DNA of 64,000 bases, taken from Candidatus Parcubacteria bacterium (lineage in GTDB: Bacteria; Patescibacteriota; Microgenomatia; UBA12405). A program made the translations under genes and the position numbers. The stretch spans positions 29,948 through 93,947 of the forward strand of contig JAEZTF010000010.1 in assembly GCA_023443725.1 (NCBI GenBank), written 5' to 3'. The notes under the pieces are model-generated. The model ran no database searches and had not been told where the DNA came from. It saw only the letters and a program-made list of their open reading frames with translations. Of the stretch, positions 27,062-36,216 are shown in pieces. The number at the start of each line of letters is the position of its first letter. Positions within the stretch are counted from its first letter, which is position 1.

Positions 27062-28077
27062 AATCCAAAAATAGCTAAAATAATACCAGCTAACCAAGCA
27101 CGAGTAACAATTTTAGGTTCTTCCCAACCAATTTTTTGCAAAGTAAGATGAATAGGAGCAGCTGGAAAAACTTTTTTACCAAAATATTTTTTACTAAAAA
27201 TCTGAATAGCACTACTCATACCTTCAATGATGAATGGAGAACCAATAATTAATAATGGAACTATTTTTCCTAAAAGAATAGCAATTACGGCAAATGTAGC
27301 GCCAAATGATAAAGCTCCGACGTCACCCAACCAAATTCTGGCTGGATAAACATTAAAATATAAAAAGGCGATTAATGATCCTAACCATAGTGACAAAAAT
27401 AAAGAAGTTGGAGTATCTAATGAGGTATTTGATAAAAACCAAAAAGCAAACAAAGCTATCATTAATAAACCACAAGACAGACCATCTAAACCATCAGTAA
27501 TATTAAAAAAGTTGGTAAAAGCAGTGATGATGATGGTGGATATGGGGATAAAAAATAAACCTAAGTGAATTGGTCCAAAAAAAGGTATGTAGAAAAAATC
27601 TATTTTTAATTTTAGATAAATAAGAAAAGAAATAATAACTGATAAAAGTAATTGAAGAATAAGTTTATGAATTAATCTAAGTCCAAAAAAACCAGTTTTT
27701 TTGAAACCAAAAAACTTATAAATATCATCATAAAGTCCAAGAATACCAAAACTAATAAAAGTAAAAAAGATTATTTCTAACTCATAATTTATTTGAAAAT
27801 TAGAAGAAATAAATATTTTGGAAAATTTTAATATAGGAAATAGAATTAAAAACATAACACAAACAGCAATGATGATTAAGAGTCCTCCACCTACAGGTGT
27901 GCCACTTTTTGAGTTATGAAATTTATCAAAAATAGGTGTTTTGTTATTTTGAAAATCGGTTGTTTGTTGTTTTTGACGTTGAAATTTGAGTTTGTAAAGA
28001 AGATTGATAAATGGAACAACTAAAGTACTAGAAATAAAGAAGGAAAAAAGTAATAGACCTAAATAAAGATGAATCAT
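27043..28077 (-). CDS. mraY: Phospho-N-acetylmuramoyl-pentapeptide transferase
   Basis: LYDDIYKF, NITDGLDGLS and PAAPIHLTLQ motifs. 10-TM topology. Confidence 0.9.
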   Translation of the reverse strand: MIHLYLGLLLFSFFISSTLVVPFINLLYKLKFQRQKQQTTDFQNNKTPIFDKFHNSKSGTPVGGGLLIIIAVCVMFLILFPILKFSKIFISSNFQINYELEIIFFTFISFGILGLYDDIYKFFGFKKTGFFGLRLIHKLILQLLLSVIISFLIYLKLKIDFFYIPFFGPIHLGLFFIPISTIIITAFTNFFNITDGLDGLSCGLLMIALFAFWFLSNTSLDTPTSLFLSLWLGSLIAFLYFNVYPARIWLGDVGALSFGATFAVIAILLGKIVPLLIIGSPFIIEGMSSAIQIFSKKYFGKKVFPAAPIHLTLQKIGWEEPKIVTRAWLAGIILAIFGLWLGLN

Positions 28078-28079
28078 AA

Positions 28080-29408
28080 TTAAATTTTAATATATTCAAT
28101 ATTAGCACCTAAGGAAGAAAGTCGTTCAGCTAATTTTTCGTAGCCTCGTTCTATAAATTCGACACCATCTATAGTAGATATTCCATCAGCAACTAAAGCA
28201 GCTATAGTAGTTGAGGCTCCGGCTCGAAGATCATCAATAACAAAATTAGTTGGTTGTAATTTGGTTGGTCCATATATTTTTACTCCGTGAAAAAAGTTAG
28301 GGTTGTCATTTTCTGGATTAAATTGATAGTAAGTTTCTGGATTTTCAACTATAGGATTAAATAATTGGACTTTTGCTCCCATTTTTTGTAAGTTAGCAAT
28401 ATGTTGAAAACGACTTGGATAGACTTTTTCGATTACCGAACTACAACCTACTGATTGAGTCAAAAGAATTGAAAATAAAGCTTGCCAGTCAGTCATAAAA
28501 GCTGGTTCTGGTCCAGTTTCGATATTGATAGCTTTTAATGGTTTTTCCCAAGAAATATATATTTCTTCCTCCCCTGTTTGGACTTTAGCTCCCATATTTT
28601 CGATGGTATCTAAAAATGTTTTAACCGTTTTTGGATCAGCCCTAAGAATATTGACACTACCTTTGGTGGCTAGAGCAGCGCAAGCAAAAGTAACAATTTC
28701 ATTTCGATCACAAATTACTTGATGTTGAGTACCGGTTAGAGATGAAACTCCTTGGATAACAATTTTTCCAGGGTCAGATGGTTCTCTTTGAATTTTTCCA
28801 CCCATTTTATTTAAAAGAATTATTAGATCGTCTATTTCTGGTTCTTGGCCACAATTTTCTAAAATAGTTTCTCCTGGAACTAATACAGCTGTCATAATTA
28901 AAGTTTCAGTGACGGTATGAGAAGGTTTATTAAAAACATAATGAACTGGTTTAATTTTTTCAGTAGTAAAAACTAAGTTAGTTTCTGTTTCCTTGGTTTG
29001 AATATTCATTTTTGAAAAACAGTCAATTAGACGATCTAGAGGCCTATTGCCAAGACGATCTCCTCCTGGAGTAGGAACTACAGCTTGCCCAGTTCTGGCT
29101 AATAGTGGAGCAGAAAACATAAATGAACTACGAGATTTAATTCCAGTTCCTTGTGGGACAGTAAAATTTTTTATTTTTGAGGTAGTTACTTTGATGCAAT
29201 GTTCACCACAAGAACTTATTTCTGATCCTAAAGATTTTGCAATGCTTTCGGTTATTTTTATATCAGAAATATTGGGAATATTGGTTAATTGGGTAGTTTG
29301 ATCAGAAAGCATAGAAGCAATAATTTGTTTATAGCTAGCATTCTTTGCTCCTCTAATAGAAACTTCACCTTGAAGTTTTTTCCCGCCAGAGATGATATAT
29401 CGTGACAT
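28080..29408 (-). CDS. murA: UDP-N-acetylglucosamine 1-carboxyvinyltransferase, Asp at the Cys115-equivalent position
   Basis: ISGGKKLQGEVSIRGAKNA... and PGGDRLGNRPLDRLI (E. coli PGGCTIGARPVDLHI). Confidence 0.9.
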   Translation of the reverse strand: MSRYIISGGKKLQGEVSIRGAKNASYKQIIASMLSDQTTQLTNIPNISDIKITESIAKSLGSEISSCGEHCIKVTTSKIKNFTVPQGTGIKSRSSFMFSAPLLARTGQAVVPTPGGDRLGNRPLDRLIDCFSKMNIQTKETETNLVFTTEKIKPVHYVFNKPSHTVTETLIMTAVLVPGETILENCGQEPEIDDLIILLNKMGGKIQREPSDPGKIVIQGVSSLTGTQHQVICDRNEIVTFACAALATKGSVNILRADPKTVKTFLDTIENMGAKVQTGEEEIYISWEKPLKAINIETGPEPAFMTDWQALFSILLTQSVGCSSVIEKVYPSRFQHIANLQKMGAKVQLFNPIVENPETYYQFNPENDNPNFFHGVKIYGPTKLQPTNFVIDDLRAGASTTIAALVADGISTIDGVEFIERGYEKLAERLSSLGANIEYIKI

Positions 29409-29413
29409 AAATA

Positions 29414-30787
29414 TTAGTGAATATTTTTAATAATTGATTTAATAATTTTATTACCAGACAAACCACCAGAACTCATATATATAAGGATATCATTTGATGA
29501 TAAATGATGTATATAGTAGGCTTTTATTTCTTTTTCGATAGGAATATAAATCAACTTTGATCCAATTTCTTGTTTAAAGTCTTTAGCAGTAGCACGAGAT
29601 TTTTTGTCTACATTAGGGTTAAATCTAATTGGTCCTAAAACTATTTCATTAGCTTTTGTAAAAGCTTTTTTTAAGCCAATTAAATTACTTTTATATTGGG
29701 TAAATGAGGCATGAGGTTGAAAGAATACTTTTATTAATTTATCTGGAAAATGAGTTGTTAAAGCTTCAATGGTTGATTTAATACGATTTGGTGATTGAGC
29801 GAAATCTTCAAAAAACAAAATATTTTTTTGTTTATCAATTAATTCTAATCGCCTTTTAACTCCTCTATAAGAAAAAACAGCTTTTTGAATAAAACGAAAA
29901 CTAATACCTAATTGATCAGACATACTAACTGCAGCCAGAATATTCTCAAAGTTAAATTGACCGATAAGAGTAGTTTGAATAGATAACGGACCTTTGGGGG
30001 TATGGATTAATAAGTTGGTTATATCAGATTTAATATTTATTTTTTCTATAAAATAATCAGATTCTGGAGAATTATAGGAAACAATTTTAGCTTTTGAATA
30101 AAGACTAAGTTTTTTGGTTTGACAGCCAAGAGAATTGATTAAAAGGGTGCCATTTTCTGGTAGTCGATTAATTAATTTCTTAAAAGCTTGAAAATTTTTT
30201 ATTTTACTAGAATAAGAATCTTTATGTTCCCAATCGGCACTAGTTAAAATTAAATGTTTAATTGGATAATATAAAAACTTAGCTTTTCGATCTAATCCAT
30301 TAATTGATTCATCGGCTTCAACGATAGACCAATTAGATGGAGAGAAGTTAATAGAGTTCATCTTATTTTTGGCGTATCCACCAAACATGTAATTTGGATC
30401 TTTTTTAGCTTGAATGAAAATCCAAGACAATAGACTAGTGATAGTAGTTTTTCCAAAACTACCAGCAATTAAGACAGACTCATCTTTAATTAAGTTTTGA
30501 GCTAAATAATTAGTAGCAGAAATATAGGGAATTTTTAGTTTTTTTATTTGATTAAATTCTTTTTTGGTTTTTTCAAAAGAAAGATATGATGATCCAATAA
30601 TAGCCAAATCAATATTAGTATTGATTTCTATCGAATTGATCGATATATCCGCTTTTTTTAACATAGTACTAATTGGGGGATAAATTTTTTCTTGATCTGA
30701 TCCGGTTATATAAACTCCTCTTTTTTTGAGATTAACTGCCAGAGGAGCAGTCATGGTTCCAGCTATTCCGACTATGTGAATATGCAT
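29414..30787 (-). CDS. Mur ligase of the Mpl/MurC family, closer to Mpl (UDP-MurNAc:tripeptide ligase) by motif
   Basis: MHIHIVGIAGTMTAPLA...ITGSDQEKIYPPISTML (Mpl-type YPPMST motif), AGSFGKTT, EADES, RRLEL, EDFAQSP. Confidence 0.75.
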   Translation of the reverse strand: MHIHIVGIAGTMTAPLAVNLKKRGVYITGSDQEKIYPPISTMLKKADISINSIEINTNIDLAIIGSSYLSFEKTKKEFNQIKKLKIPYISATNYLAQNLIKDESVLIAGSFGKTTITSLLSWIFIQAKKDPNYMFGGYAKNKMNSINFSPSNWSIVEADESINGLDRKAKFLYYPIKHLILTSADWEHKDSYSSKIKNFQAFKKLINRLPENGTLLINSLGCQTKKLSLYSKAKIVSYNSPESDYFIEKINIKSDITNLLIHTPKGPLSIQTTLIGQFNFENILAAVSMSDQLGISFRFIQKAVFSYRGVKRRLELIDKQKNILFFEDFAQSPNRIKSTIEALTTHFPDKLIKVFFQPHASFTQYKSNLIGLKKAFTKANEIVLGPIRFNPNVDKKSRATAKDFKQEIGSKLIYIPIEKEIKAYYIHHLSSNDILIYMSSGGLSGNKIIKSIIKNIH

Positions 30788-30802
30788 ATTAGTAAATAGC
30801 TA
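30788..30802 (-). repeat. 15-nt motif TAGCTATTTACTAAT directly abutting the start codon of the mpl-like gene
   Basis: An identical 15-mer lies 1 nt upstream of the galE ATG (60536..60550). A 14/15 copy is at 61538..61552. Confidence 0.8.
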
Positions 30803-30822
30803 ATAAATAGTTAATAGTTGAA

Positions 30823-31419
30823 TTATTTTTCATATGGAAGCCATTGATTGTCTTTAAAATATTCAAATCCAGGCATATTACGTTTATAGAATCCAGTTTC
30901 AATAGAAAAACGACCTAAATAACAAAATTGAAGATTTTGTTGTTGACTGTCAACAATGGTTTGTAACACCAATCTAATAGGTAAATTACTATGATTATAT
31001 TTAGGATTATAAAAAACATAAGCAATATGACTAATAGAGTTAGAAAAATAACATATTGAATAAGCAATTATCTGATGATTTTCATTATACCAACTATAAA
31101 TAGTATTAAAAATATGATTAGTAAATGTTTTTTTGACTGAACTTATGGGAAAATCCCAACCTAATTGTTTTATCCAAGAAAAAATTTCTTTTTGAATATT
31201 AAGATCAAATTTAAAATCGTTCAAATTAGTTTTAATAAAAGAAAAATTATCAGTTTTTCTTAAAATCCTTCTATTTTCTGAACTGAGATTAAACTTGGAT
31301 AAATTTGATCGACAACTACTATCCTGATACCAAAGATCTTTTTGGTTTCTTTGAGGAAGGAATCCTTGTTGATAATTTAATTCTATAGATTGATTGTTGG
31401 TTAAATTAAATTGGGTCAT
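30823..31419 (-). CDS. ATE/Bpt-like (arginyl/leucyl-tRNA-protein transferase family, ATE_C-type) protein
   Basis: FNLSSENRRILRK, IAYVFYNPKY...L and FCYLGRFSIETGFYKRNMPGFEYFKDNQW parallel the ATE_C pattern (SavYfFYdP...YLGYyi...M.YK..f.P.E.l....W) as I recall it. Confidence 0.55.
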   Translation of the reverse strand: MTQFNLTNNQSIELNYQQGFLPQRNQKDLWYQDSSCRSNLSKFNLSSENRRILRKTDNFSFIKTNLNDFKFDLNIQKEIFSWIKQLGWDFPISSVKKTFTNHIFNTIYSWYNENHQIIAYSICYFSNSISHIAYVFYNPKYNHSNLPIRLVLQTIVDSQQQNLQFCYLGRFSIETGFYKRNMPGFEYFKDNQWLPYEK

Positions 31420-32735
31420 ATTTTTTTTAATTTTAAAGCAGTTCTAAAAGCTTCTGTTTCTGACCAAGGATATTCAGTATTTCCATGAAGAATAGTATCT
31501 TCATGACCTTTACCACAAGCAATCACAACATCATCGGGTTGGGCTAACTTAATAGCTATATTGAAAGCGTCCTGTCGATTGGGAATATTAAAATAAGTAA
31601 ATTTTTGGTCAATCTTTTTTAGAATATCATTTATTTGTTTTTGATTTTCAATTTTTTGAATGTCAACAAAATTGGATTTATTAGGATCAATACCATTGAT
31701 TATTTGTTGATTAATTTGACTAATATCTTCGTTTCTAGTGTCGTCTGAAGTAATAATGGCAATATCAGCTAGACTAGAGACTACTTGACCCATTTGAGGT
31801 CGTTTTGTTTGATCTCGTCCGCCTGTGGCTCCAAAAATAATAATAATTTTACCTTTAGTAATTTTCTTTAATGAAGAAAGAGTTTTTTCTAAAGCGTTTG
31901 GAGTATGGGCAAAATCAACAATTGTTTTAAATTTAAAATTATTTTTAACTTCTTCTCGACGACCTTTGGTTTCGGGAAAATTTTTAACTGTTTCGAGTAA
32001 GAATTGTCGATTAATTTTTAAGTTATCAATAATTCCTAAGGCAACCAATATATTATTAATCTGATAAAAATAATTACTATCAGTGGTTATGGTTAGTTTA
32101 TTTACTTTAAAACTTAATTTTTTATTAGTTAATTTAATATCTTTAGCTTGATAATCTGACTTTTGGTCAACACTGTAAGTTGAGTAAGGAATTTGAATCA
32201 TAGGTTTAATTATTTGATATGACGAATCGTCTTTATTGATAATGCCATAATCTGATTGAGAGAAAATTTTTGCTTTAGACTGAATATACTCTTCCATGTT
32301 TGAATAATAATCTAAATGCTCATGTGAAGTGTTGGTAATAGCTGCAGTTATAAAGTGGCAACCTAAAAATCGATATTGATCAAGGCCATGAGCAGTAACT
32401 TCACAAACTACATGAGTAACTCCTGCAGCTAACATTTGACTAAGTATTTGCTGAAATAATTTTGGATCTGGACTAGTCATATGTAAACCAGTACTTATTT
32501 CTTGATTATTTCCAAACTTAGCGCCTATTGTAGTAATTACACCGGCATTAATACCAGCTTTTTTTAAAATTTCATAAACTAAAATACAACTAGTTGTTTT
32601 ACCATCGGTTCCAGTAATACCAATAAGTTTTAGTTTTTTTGCTGGAAAATTATGTTGAAGACTGACAAAAAAGTTTTTTGGGTAATGCCAGAAAAGATTT
32701 TTTATTTTTTGAAAATTGATCGATTTTAATGACAT
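31416..32735 (-). CDS. murE: UDP-N-acetylmuramoyl-L-alanyl-D-glutamate--diamino acid ligase
   Basis: GITGTDGKTT, EVTAHGLDQYR, TNTSHEHLDYY and ITSDDTRNED (a variant of the DNPR specificity motif). Confidence 0.85.
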   Translation of the reverse strand: MSLKSINFQKIKNLFWHYPKNFFVSLQHNFPAKKLKLIGITGTDGKTTSCILVYEILKKAGINAGVITTIGAKFGNNQEISTGLHMTSPDPKLFQQILSQMLAAGVTHVVCEVTAHGLDQYRFLGCHFITAAITNTSHEHLDYYSNMEEYIQSKAKIFSQSDYGIINKDDSSYQIIKPMIQIPYSTYSVDQKSDYQAKDIKLTNKKLSFKVNKLTITTDSNYFYQINNILVALGIIDNLKINRQFLLETVKNFPETKGRREEVKNNFKFKTIVDFAHTPNALEKTLSSLKKITKGKIIIIFGATGGRDQTKRPQMGQVVSSLADIAIITSDDTRNEDISQINQQIINGIDPNKSNFVDIQKIENQKQINDILKKIDQKFTYFNIPNRQDAFNIAIKLAQPDDVVIACGKGHEDTILHGNTEYPWSETEAFRTALKLKKI

Positions 32736-32749
32736 ATTTAGCGAGTTAA

Positions 32750-34369
32750 TTATAACAAATGGTTGATTTTAGAGGCTAATTCAAACCAAATTGGAGCAGC
32801 AGTACTAGAACCCCAAGGTGAACTTTTAGGATTATTAATAGTTACAATCATGGTAAATTTTGGATTATCACATGGAGAAAAACCAATATAGGAAGCAATG
32901 GTTGAAGAATCAGTATAACCACCTTTTACAGCAATTTGAGCGGTACCACTTTTAGCACAAACTTCAAGATTTTTTGGTTTCATAACAGAAACTACTCCAT
33001 TTTCGACAGAATATTTAAGGATTGATTTAATTTCTTCAATCGAATTTTGATTGAAAATTTGTTGTGGATTATTGTTTTTGTCTATTAAAATGTGAGGTTT
33101 AACTAATAACCCATTGTTAGCAATAGTATTAAATGCTTGCAACATACCTACTTGAGTAACGACTATTCCCTGTCCAAATGAAGCAGTAGCTAGATCTATA
33201 TCTGGCCAATTAGTTTTAGTACTAGGACGTGATTCTCCTTGCAAATCAATACCAGTTTTTTGGTTGAGACCAAGTTTTTGAAAATAATTTAAAAACTTTT
33301 CTAAACCAATTTTTGAGATAATATGGCTCATACCGATATTGTCGGAATTTTTTATGATCTCTTTAAGAGATGAGTCTGGATGGGTTTCGTTATCATGATT
33401 GGTTATAGTATATTCCCCTATTTTTAGAGGTTTATCGCATTCATGGCAAACATAATCAGGAGAAATTGATTTACTATCCAAACCAATAGTGACAACTAAT
33501 GGTTTAAATATTGATCCTGGTTCAAAAAGATCAGAAATTGAATTTATTTTTGTAGCACTGGGAGTGGCTGAAGTGGTGGCAGTAAAAGTGGTCATAGCTA
33601 AAATACCTCCGGTTTTACTATCCATAACTGTAATGGATCCAGAATCGGCATCATATTTTTCAACACCTTCTTTTAATTCTTTTTCTACTTCAAATTGAAC
33701 ACTGCGATTTAAAGTGGTGTGTAAATCTTGTCCGTCAATAGCAATAGAATTCCAAGACTTTTTAGTAAGAATAGCTTTTCCAGTAGCGTCTTGAGGAGAC
33801 CAAGTAAAACCCGTTTTACCTTTTAATTGTTTTTGGTAATAGCCTTCAAGCCCTCCGTAACCTATATCGTAGCCTTGATCGTTTTTTGCTACCAACCCTA
33901 AAATTGGTTGAGCCAATGATTGTTCTGGATAGTATCTTTTTTCATTTTTTTCAAAACTAAGACCGGGTATTTTAAGTTGGTTTTTTTCTTCTTCGTTAAA
34001 AAGACTAGTGAAAGTTAACCATTTTTGATTTTGATTACTTTTAAACAATTCAATTAACTTTATATTTTCTTGGTTGAATTGTGGATGAATTTGATTGATT
34101 TTTGTAAAAACTTCTTCAAGACTTTGATCTAAATTTGGTTTGTATATCGACAATTTATAATTAGTAACATTAAGAACCAAAGGAAAATCATCGGACGAAT
34201 ATATTTTTCCCCGACTGGGGATAGTTTTCTCAAGTTTGTACATTTGAATTAAAGCCTTTTCTCTTAATTCTGGTCCTTCTATCACTTGAATATAAAAAAA
34301 TCGACAGATTATAAAAATAAAACAGATTATTAAAGTTGTAGAAACAGTTTTAATTCTAGAGCTATTCAT
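32750..34369 (-). CDS. ftsI: Class B penicillin-binding protein (FtsI/PBP2 transpeptidase)
   Basis: N-terminal anchor, dimerisation domain, GSIFKP (SxxK), SDN (SxN), KSGTA (KTG). Confidence 0.9.
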   Translation of the reverse strand: MNSSRIKTVSTTLIICFIFIICRFFYIQVIEGPELREKALIQMYKLEKTIPSRGKIYSSDDFPLVLNVTNYKLSIYKPNLDQSLEEVFTKINQIHPQFNQENIKLIELFKSNQNQKWLTFTSLFNEEEKNQLKIPGLSFEKNEKRYYPEQSLAQPILGLVAKNDQGYDIGYGGLEGYYQKQLKGKTGFTWSPQDATGKAILTKKSWNSIAIDGQDLHTTLNRSVQFEVEKELKEGVEKYDADSGSITVMDSKTGGILAMTTFTATTSATPSATKINSISDLFEPGSIFKPLVVTIGLDSKSISPDYVCHECDKPLKIGEYTITNHDNETHPDSSLKEIIKNSDNIGMSHIISKIGLEKFLNYFQKLGLNQKTGIDLQGESRPSTKTNWPDIDLATASFGQGIVVTQVGMLQAFNTIANNGLLVKPHILIDKNNNPQQIFNQNSIEEIKSILKYSVENGVVSVMKPKNLEVCAKSGTAQIAVKGGYTDSSTIASYIGFSPCDNPKFTMIVTINNPKSSPWGSSTAAPIWFELASKINHLL

Positions 34370-34617
34370 TTTAGATTTACTTTTTGATCAATGTATATGA
34401 GAGGCTTTTTTTGTTGTTCTAGATAAAGATAATTAATAGAAGTCATATCGGTGAATTTTTTTTCTAGGCCTTGAGTTTCTATTTTAAGTTTTTGATGTTC
34501 AATTTGATTTTGATAAAGCTGACTGTTTTGGTTGATAATTTCACTTGAATAATAAAAAGAAAAAACGATTTGAATAGAAATAATTACAACTAAAATGTAA
34601 GTAAAATATTTTGGCAT
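34366..34617 (-). CDS. FtsL-like bitopic division protein
   Basis: 83 aa with a TM helix and a coiled-coil-like segment. Lies between rsmH and ftsI. Confidence 0.5.
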   Translation of the reverse strand: MPKYFTYILVVIISIQIVFSFYYSSEIINQNSQLYQNQIEHQKLKIETQGLEKKFTDMTSINYLYLEQQKKPLIYIDQKVNLK

Positions 34618-35501
34618 TAAACTATTTTATACGATCTAAGGATAGCTGAGCGAGATAGTGGATTTTTTTTGATTTCTTTAAATGAAGGGTGGACTGCTTT
34701 GCTGACTTGGAAAATTTTATTTTCAGACAAATTATTTTGAATAAATTGTTTAATAATTCTATCTTCGCCTGAATGAAAACTAATAAAACAAGCCGTTCCG
34801 TTTGGTTTTATAATGTTTAAACTTTGAGAAAGGATTTGTTTGAGATTGCTAAATTCTTGATTAACAGCAATTTTTAAAGCTAAAAATATTTTAGTACTAG
34901 GATCGGTTTTAGTTCTGATTTTCTTTTCTAAATAAAAATTTCTGATAATATCAGCCAATCTTTTGGCATTGGTAATAGGTTTTTTTTGACGTTCAGAAAT
35001 TATTTTTGATACTAAGTCATGACTATACAATTCTTGACTATTTTTGGAAAAAATTTCATACAACTCTTCGGCAGAACCGATGTTAATGATATCTTTAGCA
35101 GTAGGATCATTGGAATTTTGGTTAATTCGCATATCTAAAGATTCCTCATCGTTAAAAGAAAAACCTCTATTAGTAGAGATTTGTTGGTTTCTACTTAAAC
35201 CTAAATCAACTAAAAGGCCATCAACTTTTTGATTAATTTTTTCGTTAACAATTTTTTGTAGTTGATTAAAATTGGATAATACAGGGGTAAATTTTCCTGA
35301 TAAACCGGCATTTTTGATTCTTTCAGTAGATATTTCTAAATTAGTTTGATCTTGATCTATACCATAAACAATAGCATCTTGTTGAAGAAGGGCTAAAGTA
35401 TGTCCCCCATTTCCTAAAGTAGCATCAATAATAATAGAGTTTGGTTTAATGTTTAGGCTAGATATTACTTCTTCAAGAAGAACTGGTTGGTGATAATCCA
35501 T
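34617..35501 (-). CDS. rsmH: 16S rRNA (cytosine1402-N4)-methyltransferase RsmH/MraW
   Basis: HQPVLLEEV, DATLGNGGHT, SFHSGEDRIIK. Confidence 0.9.
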   Translation of the reverse strand: MDYHQPVLLEEVISSLNIKPNSIIIDATLGNGGHTLALLQQDAIVYGIDQDQTNLEISTERIKNAGLSGKFTPVLSNFNQLQKIVNEKINQKVDGLLVDLGLSRNQQISTNRGFSFNDEESLDMRINQNSNDPTAKDIINIGSAEELYEIFSKNSQELYSHDLVSKIISERQKKPITNAKRLADIIRNFYLEKKIRTKTDPSTKIFLALKIAVNQEFSNLKQILSQSLNIIKPNGTACFISFHSGEDRIIKQFIQNNLSENKIFQVSKAVHPSFKEIKKNPLSRSAILRSYKIV

Positions 35502-36211
35502 TAGTTGATTAAGTAATCTCCAGTTATGACAGTGGTATCTTCTTTGGTAACTGTGGAAGGGGTAATAGAAGATACTTTACCACTACCATTACCACTAGAG
35601 AAAACTGAATAAACTGGTTTAAAGTTTTTGATTAAAACGAAGTAATCACTTTTTGAAGAAACACTAGCTTTAATAGAAAAATTTTCAGTCTCCAAACTTA
35701 AACCTTTAGATTTAATATCTGCAGAAGTTAACAAAACAAATGGTGCTTCGTATGAAGCTGATTGACCATCAGCAGTAATGAAACTAAGAGAAAGAGTTCC
35801 ACCAGTAATACCCTCATCGTATTTATATTTACAGCCGCTAGTACAACTTTCGGTACCCAAGAGTAATTCTCTGTCTATAGATGTACCTTCAATTTTAGCT
35901 GTACCACCAACTCCTTTTTCAATTTCAATATTTTCGTCTTTGGCGGTGTAGATTAAATCATATTCGATTTCTTTGATACTCTCAGGAATATTAGAAATCT
36001 TTAAGTTCAATCGATGGCCATCAGCTTGAGGAGTCAAACTAATATATGGTTTTTGATCATCAGTTAAAACCAATTCAATTTCGGTTTTTGTATTTTGAGT
36101 TGTATTATTGACTGAAGTTTTTTTGTTTTTGCCAGTTAATACCATAACAATGGTGATAATTATCAATACTAAAGCACCAATAATGAAATAGATTGCTGTT
36201 TTATTTTTCAT
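35501..36211 (-). CDS. Hypothetical membrane-anchored extracytoplasmic protein (occupies the position upstream of rsmH; no mraZ)
   Basis: N-terminal TM helix. No motif recognised. Confidence 0.55.
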   Translation of the reverse strand: MKNKTAIYFIIGALVLIIITIVMVLTGKNKKTSVNNTTQNTKTEIELVLTDDQKPYISLTPQADGHRLNLKISNIPESIKEIEYDLIYTAKDENIEIEKGVGGTAKIEGTSIDRELLLGTESCTSGCKYKYDEGITGGTLSLSFITADGQSASYEAPFVLLTSADIKSKGLSLETENFSIKASVSSKSDYFVLIKNFKPVYSVFSSGNGSGKVSSITPSTVTKEDTTVITGDYLIN

Positions 36212-36216
36212 AGTTA

